A stretch of 64,000 nucleotides of DNA from Syntrophales bacterium (GCA_040767195.1 JAXGPA010000001.1:672001-736000), one strand, 5' to 3'; shown: positions 24,089-35,098, numbered from the stretch's first letter. The notes: generated by a model not told the origin, from the letters alone. Numbers and translations: made by a program.

Positions 24089-25939
24089 TCAGAAATAATA
24101 CCAGATGGAAAGGTAATCATTGATGTTTTCACCGTCCTCGCTGAGCCGTTTCAGATAGTCGTAAATGGAGACGTCCGTGTAAAGGTAATCGTTGGCGGTG
24201 GTCAGTTTCGTTTCCCAGGAATAGAAACGGTAAATCCGGCGGCCGTCGGGAAGGATCATGATCACCTCGTGGTCCTGCCAGGAGCGGAGGTGGGATTTCC
24301 CCAGGCGGGGGACGTTGAAGACGGGCTCGTCCGTCCTGACGAGACCGGGCAGGAGACGGCACTCTTCTTTTCGTTCCTGCTCGATCCGGGCGATGGGCAC
24401 CCGGAAGTCGAGGGTCTCGTCCTTGCCCATGGTGTTGAAGGTGTAATAGGGGTCCACCCCGCAGACCTTCAGGACCTTGCGGAGATAGGCGCATTCGAAC
24501 TTGCGGCTGTTGTAGTAAGTGAATACCGCCTGATTGTAGACGTTAATGCCTAATTTCCGAATCCTTCGAAGGGCCTCGAGGGAGTCCGGGTTCATCTCCG
24601 AGGGATGCTCGAAGTGGGTTACCACGGCGATTTCCCGCCGGCCCCACTCGTGGTATTTTTGAAAGATCCCAAGGAGTTCGTCGTCGATCCGGAAAGGGAG
24701 GGTCACGGGTATGCGCGTGCCGATCCGGATCCGGTCCACGTGATCGATGGCGGCAATTTCCCCAAGGATCCAGTCCATGTAGCGGTTGTTCAGGGTCAGG
24801 GGGTCGCCGCCGGTGACGAGGACCTCGGAAATGTTCCGATCGTTCCGAATCCACTGGAGCGCCTCGGCGACTTTCTTCCTGGAGAGCATGACCTCTTCGT
24901 CCATGTCCTTCACTTCCCAGTTCCGCTGGCAGTAAACGCAGATCTGGGGGCAGGAACGGTAAGGCTTGATGATGACGATCTGGGGATACCGGCGGGTCAC
25001 CCCCTCAATGGGGCTCGTTGACTTTTCCGCCATGAAATCCATGTCCACGCCTTTTTGGCGGTTTTCAATGACATTCGCGCAATAGCGCACGCTTGGAATG
25101 ACTTGGGCCCGGATGGCACGGTCCTGGGGTGACCGGCCGTCCCGGTTGAAGAGCGAGAGGTAGTGAGGTGTAATTTCGAAAGGGATATCGTTCTCCAGGG
25201 CCATTTCCAGGCCCCCGATCTCGTCGTCTTCCAGGTGAACCAGGGCGGCCAGGGTCTCCTGGTCCCGGATGATGTGTTTCAGGTGCCACCGGTGATCATA
25301 CCAGTCCTTCCCGGATCCGCCGAAATGAGAGAGGATGGCCTGGCGCATATGTTTACGCTGTTCCACGATTTTTTCGTCCATCCCGCTGACGTATCGCCGC
25401 AGGTACCGGTTCGTCATGGACGCGTAGGCATCGAGCTGTCCCGAACGGGCCAGGGCCGCTTCCTTTCCTTCCCCGTCCGCGAGGAATCCTTGCCTCCGGG
25501 AATGCCGGCCGTACCGGCCCCGGATACCCAGGAAGAAGGCCAGAAACTCCATGATGAAGCCTTCGGAAACCCTGTCGAGGATTCCCTCCTCCCTGTGGGC
25601 CAGGCTGTAGAGAAGCTCCAGGGAGGACGTGCCCGTCAAATGTTCGTTCTCCGTCCGGAACACGTTTGAAACGACGCGGATGCACTCCCGGACGTTTCTT
25701 TTTTCGACGACATTCAACTCGGAGTAGTAGGTGCCGGCTTTCATGTTGTAAAGATCGCGCCTCAGCCGGTCGAGATAGTCGAAGACCACATGCCGCCCCT
25801 CCTCCACATGTCTCGAATTCTGGAGGATGCTCTCGATCCGCGGTTCCGCCCGCCACAGCCTCTGAACCAGTTCTTCCTTGTTCAGGTTGATCAGTTTCTT
25901 CATGGTTTCCGTCCTGTCCTGTTCATATCGTTGCGACAT
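24089..25939 (-). CDS. KamA (lysine 2,3-aminomutase) family radical SAM protein with long N-terminal extension
   Basis: CPQICVYC, EVLVTGGDPL, IRIGTRIP, THFEHP.E, NQAV motifs. Confidence 0.88.
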   Translation of the reverse strand: MSQRYEQDRTETMKKLINLNKEELVQRLWRAEPRIESILQNSRHVEEGRHVVFDYLDRLRRDLYNMKAGTYYSELNVVEKRNVRECIRVVSNVFRTENEHLTGTSSLELLYSLAHREEGILDRVSEGFIMEFLAFFLGIRGRYGRHSRRQGFLADGEGKEAALARSGQLDAYASMTNRYLRRYVSGMDEKIVEQRKHMRQAILSHFGGSGKDWYDHRWHLKHIIRDQETLAALVHLEDDEIGGLEMALENDIPFEITPHYLSLFNRDGRSPQDRAIRAQVIPSVRYCANVIENRQKGVDMDFMAEKSTSPIEGVTRRYPQIVIIKPYRSCPQICVYCQRNWEVKDMDEEVMLSRKKVAEALQWIRNDRNISEVLVTGGDPLTLNNRYMDWILGEIAAIDHVDRIRIGTRIPVTLPFRIDDELLGIFQKYHEWGRREIAVVTHFEHPSEMNPDSLEALRRIRKLGINVYNQAVFTYYNSRKFECAYLRKVLKVCGVDPYYTFNTMGKDETLDFRVPIARIEQERKEECRLLPGLVRTDEPVFNVPRLGKSHLRSWQDHEVIMILPDGRRIYRFYSWETKLTTANDYLYTDVSIYDYLKRLSEDGENINDYLSIWYYF

Positions 25940-26089
25940 TCATGGAACGCAGACTGCCGGTGAAATTTATATCACAGAAACTTCGCGATTTTCAACCATG
26001 CCGGAAATGACGGACCGAACCCGCCGATGGGACAGAGACGAAAAATGTGATACATGTAACGAACCCGATGTCAAACGAAAGGGGGAATC

Positions 26090-26992
26090 ATGTCTCCTGA
26101 AAGCGATCTGAACGCCCTGCAGGACCTGGCGGACCGACTGGTGTCCGAAAAACGTTTCGAGGAGGCCGTGGAACTCTATGGGAAGCTTTCGGAAGCGTAT
26201 CCTTCCAACGAATCCATTCTTCTTTCCCTCGCCTGGGCCTACCGGGACTGGGGCAAGAACGAAGAGGCCATCGCCTGTCTCGAACGTCTCCTGGAAAAAG
26301 AAATCGAGCGGCGCGTTTTTACCGGGTTCGCCTTCGATGAACTGGTCCGTCTCTTTCGGGAAAAAGGCCTCCATGACCGTCTTGTCTCCCTGTGCGAACG
26401 GGTCGTCGAGGCCCAGCCGGAAGACCCCGCTTTCCTCGGCACCCTCGGTGAAGCCTACCTCGAGGCCGGAAAGACGGATGAAGGTATCCGGGTTTTCCGG
26501 ACCCTCACCGAAATGGAACCCGGATCTTCGGCTTATTTCTGCCTTCTGGGCAGGGCCCATGTTCAGGCGGGATCTCCCGATGAGGCGGAGGAATGCTTCG
26601 AAAAGGCCGCGGCCATTGATCCCGGGGAATCCCACGTCTTTCTCGGCCGCCTGGGGGATCTTTTCGCCCATGCCGGCGACTTGGACCGGGCTGCCCGGAT
26701 TTTCAGAAAAGCCTCTGCGGAAAAGCCGGATGTTCCTTTTTATCATTGCTCCCTGGGGGATGTCCTGATCCGGCAGGGGCGACTGGAAGAGGGACACGAG
26801 GCTTACAATCGGGCAGTGGCCTGTGACCCCGGATCGGGGGAAGCTTACCTGAACCGCCTCGGCAGATCTCTCCTTGACGGCGGCTGCGGGAAAGAGGCGG
26901 CCGCTGTGTTTGAATTCCTCGTCGACCGCCGTCCGGCACACCCCTTTTATCGGCAAAGCCTGGAGGAAGCCCGGAAACTCGTGAAGAAATAA
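26090..26992 (+). CDS. Tetratricopeptide repeat protein
   Basis: Repeated LG.AY...G..DEA...F......P helical pattern. Confidence 0.85.
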   Translation: MSPESDLNALQDLADRLVSEKRFEEAVELYGKLSEAYPSNESILLSLAWAYRDWGKNEEAIACLERLLEKEIERRVFTGFAFDELVRLFREKGLHDRLVSLCERVVEAQPEDPAFLGTLGEAYLEAGKTDEGIRVFRTLTEMEPGSSAYFCLLGRAHVQAGSPDEAEECFEKAAAIDPGESHVFLGRLGDLFAHAGDLDRAARIFRKASAEKPDVPFYHCSLGDVLIRQGRLEEGHEAYNRAVACDPGSGEAYLNRLGRSLLDGGCGKEAAAVFEFLVDRRPAHPFYRQSLEEARKLVKK

Positions 26993-27149
26993 AACAGGCC
27001 GCGCTTCAGGGCTGTAAACCCCGCGCTTTGAGAAAGGACGTCCGGCCCTGCCGGGGAAAATGAGGCGTGACGTCAAAAAATCGGTTCTTGACAGGGATCC
27101 GCCCCTTGGGATATGCTTCCCCCGTTCCTCCCGAGGAACCGCACAACAC

Positions 27150-27225
27150 GGGGATGTAGCTCAACTGGGAGAGCGCGGCGTTCGCAATGCCGAGGTCAGG
27201 GGTTCGAGCCCCCTCATCTCCACCA
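27150..27225 (+). tRNA. tRNA-Ala (anticodon CGC)
   Basis: 76-nt cloverleaf GGGGATG...CATCTCC-A-CCA, G3:U70 pair, anticodon arm CGGCG-TT-CGC-AA-TGCCG, T-loop GTTCGA; TTGACA-N18-TATGCT upstream. Confidence 0.97.
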
Positions 27226-27232
27226 GAAAAAC

Positions 27233-27264
27233 AAAATCCCTCCCGGTACCGGGAGGGATTTTTT
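27233..27264. terminator. Probable bidirectional terminator
   Basis: AAAATCCCTCCCG-GTAC-CGGGAGGGATTTTTT between the tRNA and the convergent DHS-like gene. Confidence 0.8.
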
Positions 27265-27348
27265 CATTCTCTGACCCATGAAATCCGCGGCGGCGCAAAA
27301 GCCTTCCGCCGATCGGCCTTTCAGGTCTTTATTCACGTTCACCCGCCT

Positions 27349-28371
27349 TCAGCGCTGTGAAAACAATCGGGCGAAACGCCTCTTCTTCCTTTTTTTCCAA
27401 CCTCCCCTGTGATAGCCATAGCCCGCCAGGAGAGGCAACGCCAGGGTCGCCTCGGAGAAAACCATCTGTTCAAAGGCCGTGTCCACTTTTCCCCACGAGG
27501 AAGCCTCCTTCAGGGTTGAACTGGAACAGGCGCCGTCCCGGACATCGGCCACGGTGACCTGGACGGCGTACTTGTGCATGGGGACTTCCTTGCCGAGAAT
27601 TTCCGCGCAGATCACCGTGTCCTGCACGAAGTTCTTGGGGACACCGCCGCCGATCATGAGAAGCCCCGTCGTCTCCGCCGCCATCTTGATTTCCGTCAGC
27701 TCCCTGAAGTCCTTGACCGAGTCGATGCTCACATGGCTTTCGGGATGCCGATGCTGGTGAAGAACCAGGCCGAAACCGGCGCTGCTGTCGGAAAAGGCGG
27801 GGCAGAAAACCGGGACGTCGTGCTCCCAGGCCAGCTGAACGAGGGAGTTTTTCTTTTTCGAGTGGGCGGCGAGATATTTTCCCATCTCGGCGATGAATTC
27901 CCGGGAGGAATAAGCCCCCGGCGGAAGGGCGTCGGCGATCTCCGTGACCGTCCGGTCGCAGGCCTGGAGTTCTTCCTCGTCGATGTACGTGTCGTAGATC
28001 CGGTCAATGTAGAGCTTTCTCAATTCCTCGTCGTTCACGTGGGGCGTCCCCTGGTAATGCCGAAAACCGAGGGCCTCGAAAAAATCCATGTCGACAACGG
28101 CGGCGCCGGTGGCGCAGACGGCGTCCACCATGTTATTGGCCACGAGATCGGCGTAAACTTGGAGGCAGCCGGCGGCCCCCGTGCTTCCCGCGATGGTCAG
28201 GATGACGGCGCAGTCCTCGTCCCGAAGCATGCGGTCGTAAATGTCAGCCGCCACGGCCAGGTCCCTGGCGGAAAAAGACATCCCCCTCATGGCTTCCACG
28301 AGGGGCACCACGTTGTATTTCTTGATGTCGATGTGCCGGACTTCCTCTTTGAGATAATCCCTTTTTTCCAT
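27349..28371 (-). CDS. Deoxyhypusine synthase-like protein (SpeY/homospermidine synthase type likely)
   Basis: IDRIYDTYI, PAFSDSSAG, IGGGVPKNF, DGACSSSTLKEASSWGKV with the catalytic Lys. Confidence 0.88.
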   Translation of the reverse strand: MEKRDYLKEEVRHIDIKKYNVVPLVEAMRGMSFSARDLAVAADIYDRMLRDEDCAVILTIAGSTGAAGCLQVYADLVANNMVDAVCATGAAVVDMDFFEALGFRHYQGTPHVNDEELRKLYIDRIYDTYIDEEELQACDRTVTEIADALPPGAYSSREFIAEMGKYLAAHSKKKNSLVQLAWEHDVPVFCPAFSDSSAGFGLVLHQHRHPESHVSIDSVKDFRELTEIKMAAETTGLLMIGGGVPKNFVQDTVICAEILGKEVPMHKYAVQVTVADVRDGACSSSTLKEASSWGKVDTAFEQMVFSEATLALPLLAGYGYHRGGWKKRKKRRFARLFSQR

Positions 28372-28659
28372 TTTTCTTCCCTGTCCTGCCGGACCCTTCG
28401 TCTTCCGGAAATCCCCGTCCTCCGGAAGCCCCCGATCCCGTCTCAATCCGTTAATTTCGAAAACCCATCCCGCCGGGACAATCAAAACGGCCGGACACTC
28501 TCCTCTTCCGTCGCGGTCCTGTTTCGGCGGGGGGAAAACCGTCATCATTTTATATTCGATTTCCGGATTGTCGACAAGGGGTCAATCGAAACCGTTTTTT
28601 TCTTGTGAATACCGCCGAAAATGGATTAAGAAACGGCAAAGACCACCGGGAGGGTGACC

Positions 28660-29079
28660 ATGAAATTATCCAAGAAAGAAATCCTGGCGCTCATGGAAGA
28701 CTGGGCCGGGGCCTGGAACCGCCACGACTTCCAGGCGGTCATGGAAAAATTCCATGACGACATTCACTTTGAAAACTGGACCGGCGGCAGCGCCCGGGGC
28801 AAGGAGTCCCTGCGGAGAGCCTGGACCCCCTGGTTTGAAAATCACGGAAACTTCAACTTCAAAACCGAGGCCTTCATCGCCGACGAAACGGGACAGCGGG
28901 TGATCTGGCAATGGACCCTCGACTGGCCTTCCCAGGAGAAGGGATACGAAGGGAAGCGGGAGATCCGTCGCGGGGCGGACGTCATCACCCTGAAGGACGG
29001 GAAAGTCTTCAGCAAGATCACCTATTCCAAGACCACCGTTGAGATCGACGGCCGGAAGGCGGTCCTTAAAGCGAACTGA
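28660..29079 (+). CDS. SnoaL-like / NTF2 family protein
   Basis: AWNRHD...M..F.DD, GKESLR, RGADVITLKDGK pattern. Confidence 0.8.
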   Translation: MKLSKKEILALMEDWAGAWNRHDFQAVMEKFHDDIHFENWTGGSARGKESLRRAWTPWFENHGNFNFKTEAFIADETGQRVIWQWTLDWPSQEKGYEGKREIRRGADVITLKDGKVFSKITYSKTTVEIDGRKAVLKAN

Positions 29080-29331
29080 ACCGGCGTGTCCCGGCGTTAT
29101 CGGTAAACGGTCACACAAAATACAAGTGGAAAAAATCCAGGGAACGCCTTTTTGCCGGAGCCCCCAGAAAGACTCCGTTTACAAAAGAGGCGCCGGCGTC
29201 GTCTCGAAACGATTCAGTACGGACCTTCCTGTACCCTGGCCAGGAAGTTAACAGGTGTGGCATCAGTCAACGTCGCCAGGAAGGGTGACCGAAGCCCGGG
29301 ATTCTGCGTAACAGGTATCACCGGGGAGGCG

Positions 29332-29718
29332 TCAGTCGCACAGGGCGATGACTTCGATCTCGATGGGCGCGTCCTTGGGCAGGCCGCTCACGGCGAAGCA
29401 GGACCGGGCGGGCGGGTCTTCCTTGAAGTATTCCCCGTAAATGCCGTTGAACTCGGCAAAGAGGGCCATGTCCCGGAGAAAAACCGTCGCCTTGACAACC
29501 CGTCCCATGCCGGAGCCCGACGCCTCGAGAACGTCCCGGATGGTGTCCAGGACCCGCCGGACCTGGGCGGAGAAAGGCCCCGCCACCATGGCCCCCGTCG
29601 CCGGGTCCAGGGGGATCTGCCCGGAGAGAAAAAGAAAGCCGCCGGCCCTGACGGCGGTGGAATAGGGTCCCACGGCCACGGGGGCCCGGTCCGTTCTGAT
29701 GATTTCCTTTTTCATCAT
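29332..29718 (-). CDS. ridA: RidA family enamine/imine deaminase
   Basis: AP.AVGPYS, FLSGQIPLDP, VKATVFL, PPARS, LPK...IEIEVIA. Confidence 0.93.
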   Translation of the reverse strand: MMKKEIIRTDRAPVAVGPYSTAVRAGGFLFLSGQIPLDPATGAMVAGPFSAQVRRVLDTIRDVLEASGSGMGRVVKATVFLRDMALFAEFNGIYGEYFKEDPPARSCFAVSGLPKDAPIEIEVIALCD

Positions 29719-29923
29719 GCCCTCCTCTTTTCCTGAATGCCCTGAACAAAAGAGAATCTTGCAGCCGGGCGGCTCTTCCCTGAATGGAGCGGCTCTTGGT
29801 CGTGGCTGCCCATGGGTTCTCTCTATCGAAAAAGGGGCAGAGAGGCAACGAAAATAAAGGGCTTGCAACTGCCTTCCGCCTCTGCTAAACGGTGCGGATA
29901 GTCAAAAAAGGCGGAAAACCCGC

Positions 29924-31276
29924 ATGTTGAACGATGATCACACAAAACTGGTCCTGACGGTGACGGAGCTTACGGAAGAGATCCGGTCGCTCCTCGAGGA
30001 TACCTTCGGCTTCCTGTGGGTCGCCGGGGAGGTGTCCAATCTTCGCCGCCCGTCGTCGGGACACGTATATTTCACCCTGAAGGATGAAAAAGCCCAGGTC
30101 CGGGCCGTTCTCTTCCGCCAGAGCTCGGCCCGGCTGGGTTTTGACCTCGAGGACGGCATGGAGGTCCTCTGCCGGGGACGGGTCTCCGTATACAGCCCCC
30201 GGGGGGAGTACCAGATCATCGTGGACGCCGCCGAGCCCCGCGGCCTCGGTGCCCTTCAGCGGGCCTTCGAAGCCCTGAAAAAACGACTCGAGGCGGAAGG
30301 GCTCTTCGACGCCGCCTTGAAGAAGGCCATCCCCTTCCTTCCTCGAAGGATCGGCGTGGTCACCTCCCCGAGCGGCGCCGCCGTCCGGGATATCCTGAAC
30401 ATCACCGGGAGGCGCTTCCCGTCCGTTGACATCCTCATCGCGCCCGTCCGCGTCCAGGGGGACGAGGCTCCCCCGGAGATCTGCGACGCCATTGCCCTTC
30501 TTAACGAACACCGGCTCGTGGACGTAATCATCCTGGCCCGGGGCGGGGGCTCCCTGGAAGACCTGTTTCCTTTCAACGACGAGCGGGTCGCCCGGGCCGT
30601 TCGGGCTTCCCGGGTTCCCGTCATATCGGCGGTGGGCCACGAGATCGACTTCACCATCGCCGACTTCGCCGCCGATCTCCGGGCACCGACCCCCTCCGCC
30701 GCCGCGGAGCTTGTCGTTCCCATGAGAGAGGATCTGCGACTGGCCCTCATCCGGGACGGGGACCGGCTGGCCCGGGGGCTGGGAAAAAAGATCCATCATC
30801 TGCGGGACCGGTCGTCCTTCCTGAAGGACCTTTTGAAAACCCCCCGGCGGCGGATCGAGGAATCTCGCCTGAGAGCGGATGAAACCCTGGCGGACCTGGA
30901 ACGGGAAATCACCAGGATCCTTCGGGCGAAGGAGGAAAGACTCGGCGGGAAGCTGCAGCACCTGCGGGCTTTTTCACCGGCGGGACGGGTCGGCAATGAC
31001 CGTTTTCGGCTTGATCACACGGGAAATAATATGATAGCGGGACTCAAGCGGGCCCATGGCGAACGAACCTCCCGCGTCCGGAAGGCGGGCGCGTCTCTGG
31101 ATGCCCTGAGCCCCCTGTCGGTGCTTCACCGGGGGTACGGAATAACCCGGAAGCACCCCGACGGCCCCGTCCTGCGGGATGCCTCCGACCTGATCCGGGG
31201 CGACCGGGTCAGCACCCGGCTCCATGCCGGGTCTTTTGTCGCCGAGGTTCTGGAAACAGCACCGGGAGAAGAATGA
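29924..31276 (+). CDS. xseA: Exodeoxyribonuclease VII large subunit
   Basis: GEVSN...SGHVYFTLKD, RGGGSLEDL, SAVGHEID, APTPSAAAE. Confidence 0.96.
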   Translation: MLNDDHTKLVLTVTELTEEIRSLLEDTFGFLWVAGEVSNLRRPSSGHVYFTLKDEKAQVRAVLFRQSSARLGFDLEDGMEVLCRGRVSVYSPRGEYQIIVDAAEPRGLGALQRAFEALKKRLEAEGLFDAALKKAIPFLPRRIGVVTSPSGAAVRDILNITGRRFPSVDILIAPVRVQGDEAPPEICDAIALLNEHRLVDVIILARGGGSLEDLFPFNDERVARAVRASRVPVISAVGHEIDFTIADFAADLRAPTPSAAAELVVPMREDLRLALIRDGDRLARGLGKKIHHLRDRSSFLKDLLKTPRRRIEESRLRADETLADLEREITRILRAKEERLGGKLQHLRAFSPAGRVGNDRFRLDHTGNNMIAGLKRAHGERTSRVRKAGASLDALSPLSVLHRGYGITRKHPDGPVLRDASDLIRGDRVSTRLHAGSFVAEVLETAPGEE

Positions 31277-31512
31277 TGAAAGACATGAAGTTCGAAGAGG
31301 CCCTGGAACGTCTCGAGGAAATCGTCCGGGATCTCGAAAAGGGCGACCTGACCCTGGAGAAATCCCTGGCGGCCTTTGAAGAGGGCATCGGTCTTTACCG
31401 TTTCTGCACGGGAAAGCTGGACGAGGCGGAGCGGAAGGTGGAAATTCTCCTGAAAGACCAGGAAGGGCTCCGGATCCAGCCCTTCCTGAAGAAGGAAGAC
31501 GATGGGGAATAA
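31273..31512 (+). CDS. xseB: Exodeoxyribonuclease VII small subunit
   Basis: FEEALERLEEIV..LE.G.LTLEKSL..FEEG. Confidence 0.95.
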   Translation: MMKDMKFEEALERLEEIVRDLEKGDLTLEKSLAAFEEGIGLYRFCTGKLDEAERKVEILLKDQEGLRIQPFLKKEDDGE

Positions 31513-32410
31513 CCGGGCAGACACCCTGGAAACATACCTTCGGCAAAGAAAAGACCTCGTCGACGAGGCCCTCGACGCCTTTCTCCCTCCCGAAGACACG
31601 CCTCCCGAGTCGATCTTCAAGGCCGTCCGGTACAGCATCTTCGCCGGGGGGAAACGGCTTCGCCCCATTCTGGCCGTCGCGGCGGCGGAAATCTGCGGCG
31701 CCCGGGCGGCGGACGTTCTTCCGATGGCCTGCGCCCTGGAGATGATCCACACCTATTCCCTCATCCACGATGATCTTCCCGCCATGGATGACGACGACTA
31801 CCGCCGGGGACGGCCGACGAGCCACCGGGTTTTCGGGGAAGCCGTAGCCATTCTCGCCGGCGACGCCCTGCTCACCGAGGCCTTCCGGCTCGCTGCCCGC
31901 CGGGACCTCATGCCGGACACCCCCCCTGAAACAATCGTCACGGTCATCGGCGAAGTCGCCGAGGCCGCCGGTTTTTTCGGCATGATCGCCGGACAGGTGG
32001 CGGACATCGCCGCAGAAGGAAAGCCTGCCGATGAAAAGACCCTGGCCTTCATTCACTCCCGAAAGACGGAACGGCTCATCACCGTGTCGCTCCGGGCGGG
32101 CGCCCTCATCGCCGGGGCCGGGGAAGACATCCTGAAAGACCTTACCGAATACGGCCGACGGATTGGCCTTGCCTTTCAGGTCTCCGACGACATCCTGAAC
32201 GTGGAAAGCTCGGCGGCCGTCCTGGGGAAAGGAACGGGAAGCGACGCCGCCCGGGGCAAATTGACCTATCCCGCCCTTTACGGGTTGAAGGCCTCCAGGG
32301 AAAAGGCCCGGCTTCTCGTCGAAGAGGCCGTCCGCTGCCTCGCGGCCCTCGGCGAGAAAGCGGACCCCCTCCGGGAACTGGCTTATTTTATCGTCCAGCG
32401 GAAAAGCTGA
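31502..32410 (+). CDS. ispA: Farnesyl/geranylgeranyl diphosphate synthase
   Basis: [33 protein letters not shown]. Confidence 0.94.
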   Translation: MGNNRADTLETYLRQRKDLVDEALDAFLPPEDTPPESIFKAVRYSIFAGGKRLRPILAVAAAEICGARAADVLPMACALEMIHTYSLIHDDLPAMDDDDYRRGRPTSHRVFGEAVAILAGDALLTEAFRLAARRDLMPDTPPETIVTVIGEVAEAAGFFGMIAGQVADIAAEGKPADEKTLAFIHSRKTERLITVSLRAGALIAGAGEDILKDLTEYGRRIGLAFQVSDDILNVESSAAVLGKGTGSDAARGKLTYPALYGLKASREKARLLVEEAVRCLAALGEKADPLRELAYFIVQRKS

Positions 32411-32426
32411 AAGGAAACCCATCTTT

Positions 32427-34325
32427 TTGAATATGGAAGAGCAAACGAAACAGGAAATCATCGACCGGATCGACTCACCGGAGGACTTGCGCCGACTCAC
32501 CGTCGACGAACTGAACCTGCTGGCCGTGGAAATCCGCCGCCGGATCATCGACACGGTGGCCGCAAACGGCGGGCACCTGGCGCCGTCCCTGGGGACGGTG
32601 GAACTCACCCTGGCCCTTCACTATGTCTTCGACACGCCCCGGGACAGGCTCATCTGGGACGTGGGGCACCAGGCCTATGCCCACAAGCTCGTCACGGGCC
32701 GCCGCGACCGGTTCCACACCCTGAGGCGCAAAGACGGCATCAGCGGGTTCCCCAAGCGCAAGGAAAGCCCTTACGACGTCTTCGACGCCGGGCACAGCAG
32801 CACCTCCCTGTCCGCCGCCTCCGGCATCGCCGAGGCCCGCTGTCTCAAAGGGGAAAAGCACAAGGTCATCGCCGTCATCGGCGACGGGTCCATGACGGCG
32901 GGGATGGCCTACGAGGCCATGAACTGGGCGGGAGACCGGGAGAAGGACCTGATCATCGTCCTCAACGACAACGAGATGTCCATTTCCCCCAACGTGGGGG
33001 CCATGTCGGCGTACCTGAACCGGGTCATGACGGGAAAAGAGGTGACCCGGCTCAAATCGGGAGTCCTTCACGTTCTGAAATCCCTCCCCGGGGGAGAGCA
33101 GATGATCAAGTTCACCCGGCAGGTCGAGGAGTCCCTGAAGGCCTTCGTCGTCCCGGGGATGCTTTTCGAGGAGCTGGGGTTCCAGTACGTGGGCCCCCTG
33201 GAAGGTCACCGTCTCGACTATCTCATCAGGAACCTCCAAAACGTCGCCCAGCTGAACCGGCCCGTCCTGGTCCACGTGGTGACCCGGAAAGGCAAGGGCT
33301 GCCCCTTCGCCGAGGCGGAGCCCTGCCGCTACCACGGCGTGGGCCCTTTCGACCGGGAGACGGGGGCCGTCTTCGTTAAGCCCGACGCCCCGCCCTCGTA
33401 CACGGAGATTTTCGGGCGAACCATGATCCGGCTGGCCTCGGAAGACCCCCGGATCACGGCCATTACGGCGGCCATGGGGACGGGCACGGGCCTGGACGAA
33501 TACGCCGCCCGGTTCCCGGACCGGTTCTTCGACGTGGGCATCGCCGAGCAGCACGGCGTCACCTTCGCCGCCGGGCTCGCCGTGGAGGGGTTCATCCCCG
33601 TCGTCGCCATTTACTCCACCTTCCTCCAGCGGGCCTTCGACCAGGTCCTCCATGACGTGTGCCTCCAGAATCTTCACGTCGTCTTCGCCCTCGACCGGGG
33701 CGGTTTCGTCGGCGAGGACGGACCCACCCACCACGGGCTTTTCGACCTGGCCTATCTCCGGTCCATCCCCAACATGGTCGTCATGGCCCCGAAAGACGAA
33801 AATGAATTTCAGCACATGCTGAAAACGGCAACGGAACACCGGGGACCCATCGCCATCCGTTATCCCCGGGGGGCCGGCGCGGGCGTCCCCTTGGACACCG
33901 ACCTTTCATCCCTTCCCATCGGCAAAGGCGAAATCGTCATGGACGGGGGGGATGTCACCATCGTGGCCCTGGGAACGACGGTTGAGCCCGCCAGGGCGGC
34001 AGCGGAAAGGCTGAAGGCGGAAGGGATCGGGGCGACAGTGGTCAACGGGCGGTTTGCGAAACCCCTGGACCGGGAGCTCCTGTGCGAAACCGCCGCCAGG
34101 ACGGGGCGGGTCCTCACGGTGGAGGAAAACGTCCTCATGGGCGGTTTCGGAAGCGCCGTTTTGGAGTGTTTCCAGGAGGCGGGGCTCCGGGACGTGAGGA
34201 TCCGGCGTCTCGGCATAGGGGATGAATTCGTGGAGCAGGCCACCCAGAAGGAGTTGAGGCGTCTTCACGGAATCGACGAGGAGGGGATCTACCGGGCCGC
34301 TCTCGAAATGGTCCGGGCTTCCTGA
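32427..34325 (+). CDS. dxs: 1-deoxy-D-xylulose-5-phosphate synthase
   Basis: [33 protein letters not shown]; alternative ATG at 32433. Confidence 0.97.
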   Translation: MNMEEQTKQEIIDRIDSPEDLRRLTVDELNLLAVEIRRRIIDTVAANGGHLAPSLGTVELTLALHYVFDTPRDRLIWDVGHQAYAHKLVTGRRDRFHTLRRKDGISGFPKRKESPYDVFDAGHSSTSLSAASGIAEARCLKGEKHKVIAVIGDGSMTAGMAYEAMNWAGDREKDLIIVLNDNEMSISPNVGAMSAYLNRVMTGKEVTRLKSGVLHVLKSLPGGEQMIKFTRQVEESLKAFVVPGMLFEELGFQYVGPLEGHRLDYLIRNLQNVAQLNRPVLVHVVTRKGKGCPFAEAEPCRYHGVGPFDRETGAVFVKPDAPPSYTEIFGRTMIRLASEDPRITAITAAMGTGTGLDEYAARFPDRFFDVGIAEQHGVTFAAGLAVEGFIPVVAIYSTFLQRAFDQVLHDVCLQNLHVVFALDRGGFVGEDGPTHHGLFDLAYLRSIPNMVVMAPKDENEFQHMLKTATEHRGPIAIRYPRGAGAGVPLDTDLSSLPIGKGEIVMDGGDVTIVALGTTVEPARAAAERLKAEGIGATVVNGRFAKPLDRELLCETAARTGRVLTVEENVLMGGFGSAVLECFQEAGLRDVRIRRLGIGDEFVEQATQKELRRLHGIDEEGIYRAALEMVRAS

Positions 34326-34348
34326 AGGACGTCCGGGATCGGACTTTC

Positions 34349-35098
34349 ATGGAACCCAAAAAAGGCAGGCAACGGCTGGACCGGCTCGTCGTGGAACGGG
34401 GACTCGCCGACTCCCGGGAAAGGGCCCGGGCCCTGATTCTAGCCGGGTCGGTGACAGTGGACGGCGAGCCCGCGAGCAAGGCGGGGGCCCTGGTTCCCGA
34501 AAACGCCCCCATCACCCTCCGGGAAGCCGATCACCCTTACGTGAGCCGGGGCGGGTTGAAGCTCGCCGGGGCTCTCGAGAGCTTCGGTCTCGATGTGACG
34601 GGCTTCGTGGCCCTTGATGCCGGCGCCTCCACCGGGGGGTTCACCGACTGCCTTCTGAAGAAAGGGGCCCGGAAGGTCTACGCCGTTGATGTGGGATATG
34701 GTCAGTTCGCCTGGAAACTCAGGCGCGACGAGCGGGTTGTTCTTCTCGAAAGGACGAATATCCGTCATGTAACGGGCGATCTCATCAAGGAGGCTGTCGA
34801 CCTCGCGGTCATCGATGTTTCCTTCATCTCCCTGCGGCTCGTCATTCCCGCCGTCCTTCCCTTCCTCCGGGCGGGGGGGTGGCTTCTCCCCCTCATCAAG
34901 CCCCAGTTCGAGGCGGGCAGGGACCAGGTCGGAAAGCGGGGGGTCGTCAGGGACCCCGCCGTTCACCGGGACGTCATCGAAAAGGTCAGCGCCTTTGTCG
35001 GGGAACAGGGTCTCCGGGTCATCGGGACCTGCGATTCCCCCCTGACGGGGCCCGAGGGAAACCGGGAATTTTTTCTTCTCGGGAAAAAGGAAAAATGA
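34349..35098 (+). CDS. tlyA: TlyA family rRNA methyltransferase
   Basis: S4 domain RLD, YVSRGGLKL, DAGASTGGFTD, DVSFISL, LIKPQFE. Confidence 0.95.
   Translation: MEPKKGRQRLDRLVVERGLADSRERARALILAGSVTVDGEPASKAGALVPENAPITLREADHPYVSRGGLKLAGALESFGLDVTGFVALDAGASTGGFTDCLLKKGARKVYAVDVGYGQFAWKLRRDERVVLLERTNIRHVTGDLIKEAVDLAVIDVSFISLRLVIPAVLPFLRAGGWLLPLIKPQFEAGRDQVGKRGVVRDPAVHRDVIEKVSAFVGEQGLRVIGTCDSPLTGPEGNREFFLLGKKEK

Noticed and set aside
27150..27350. tRNA-Ala as an island integration site
   Set aside because: No integrase, no duplicated 3' end and no composition shift nearby
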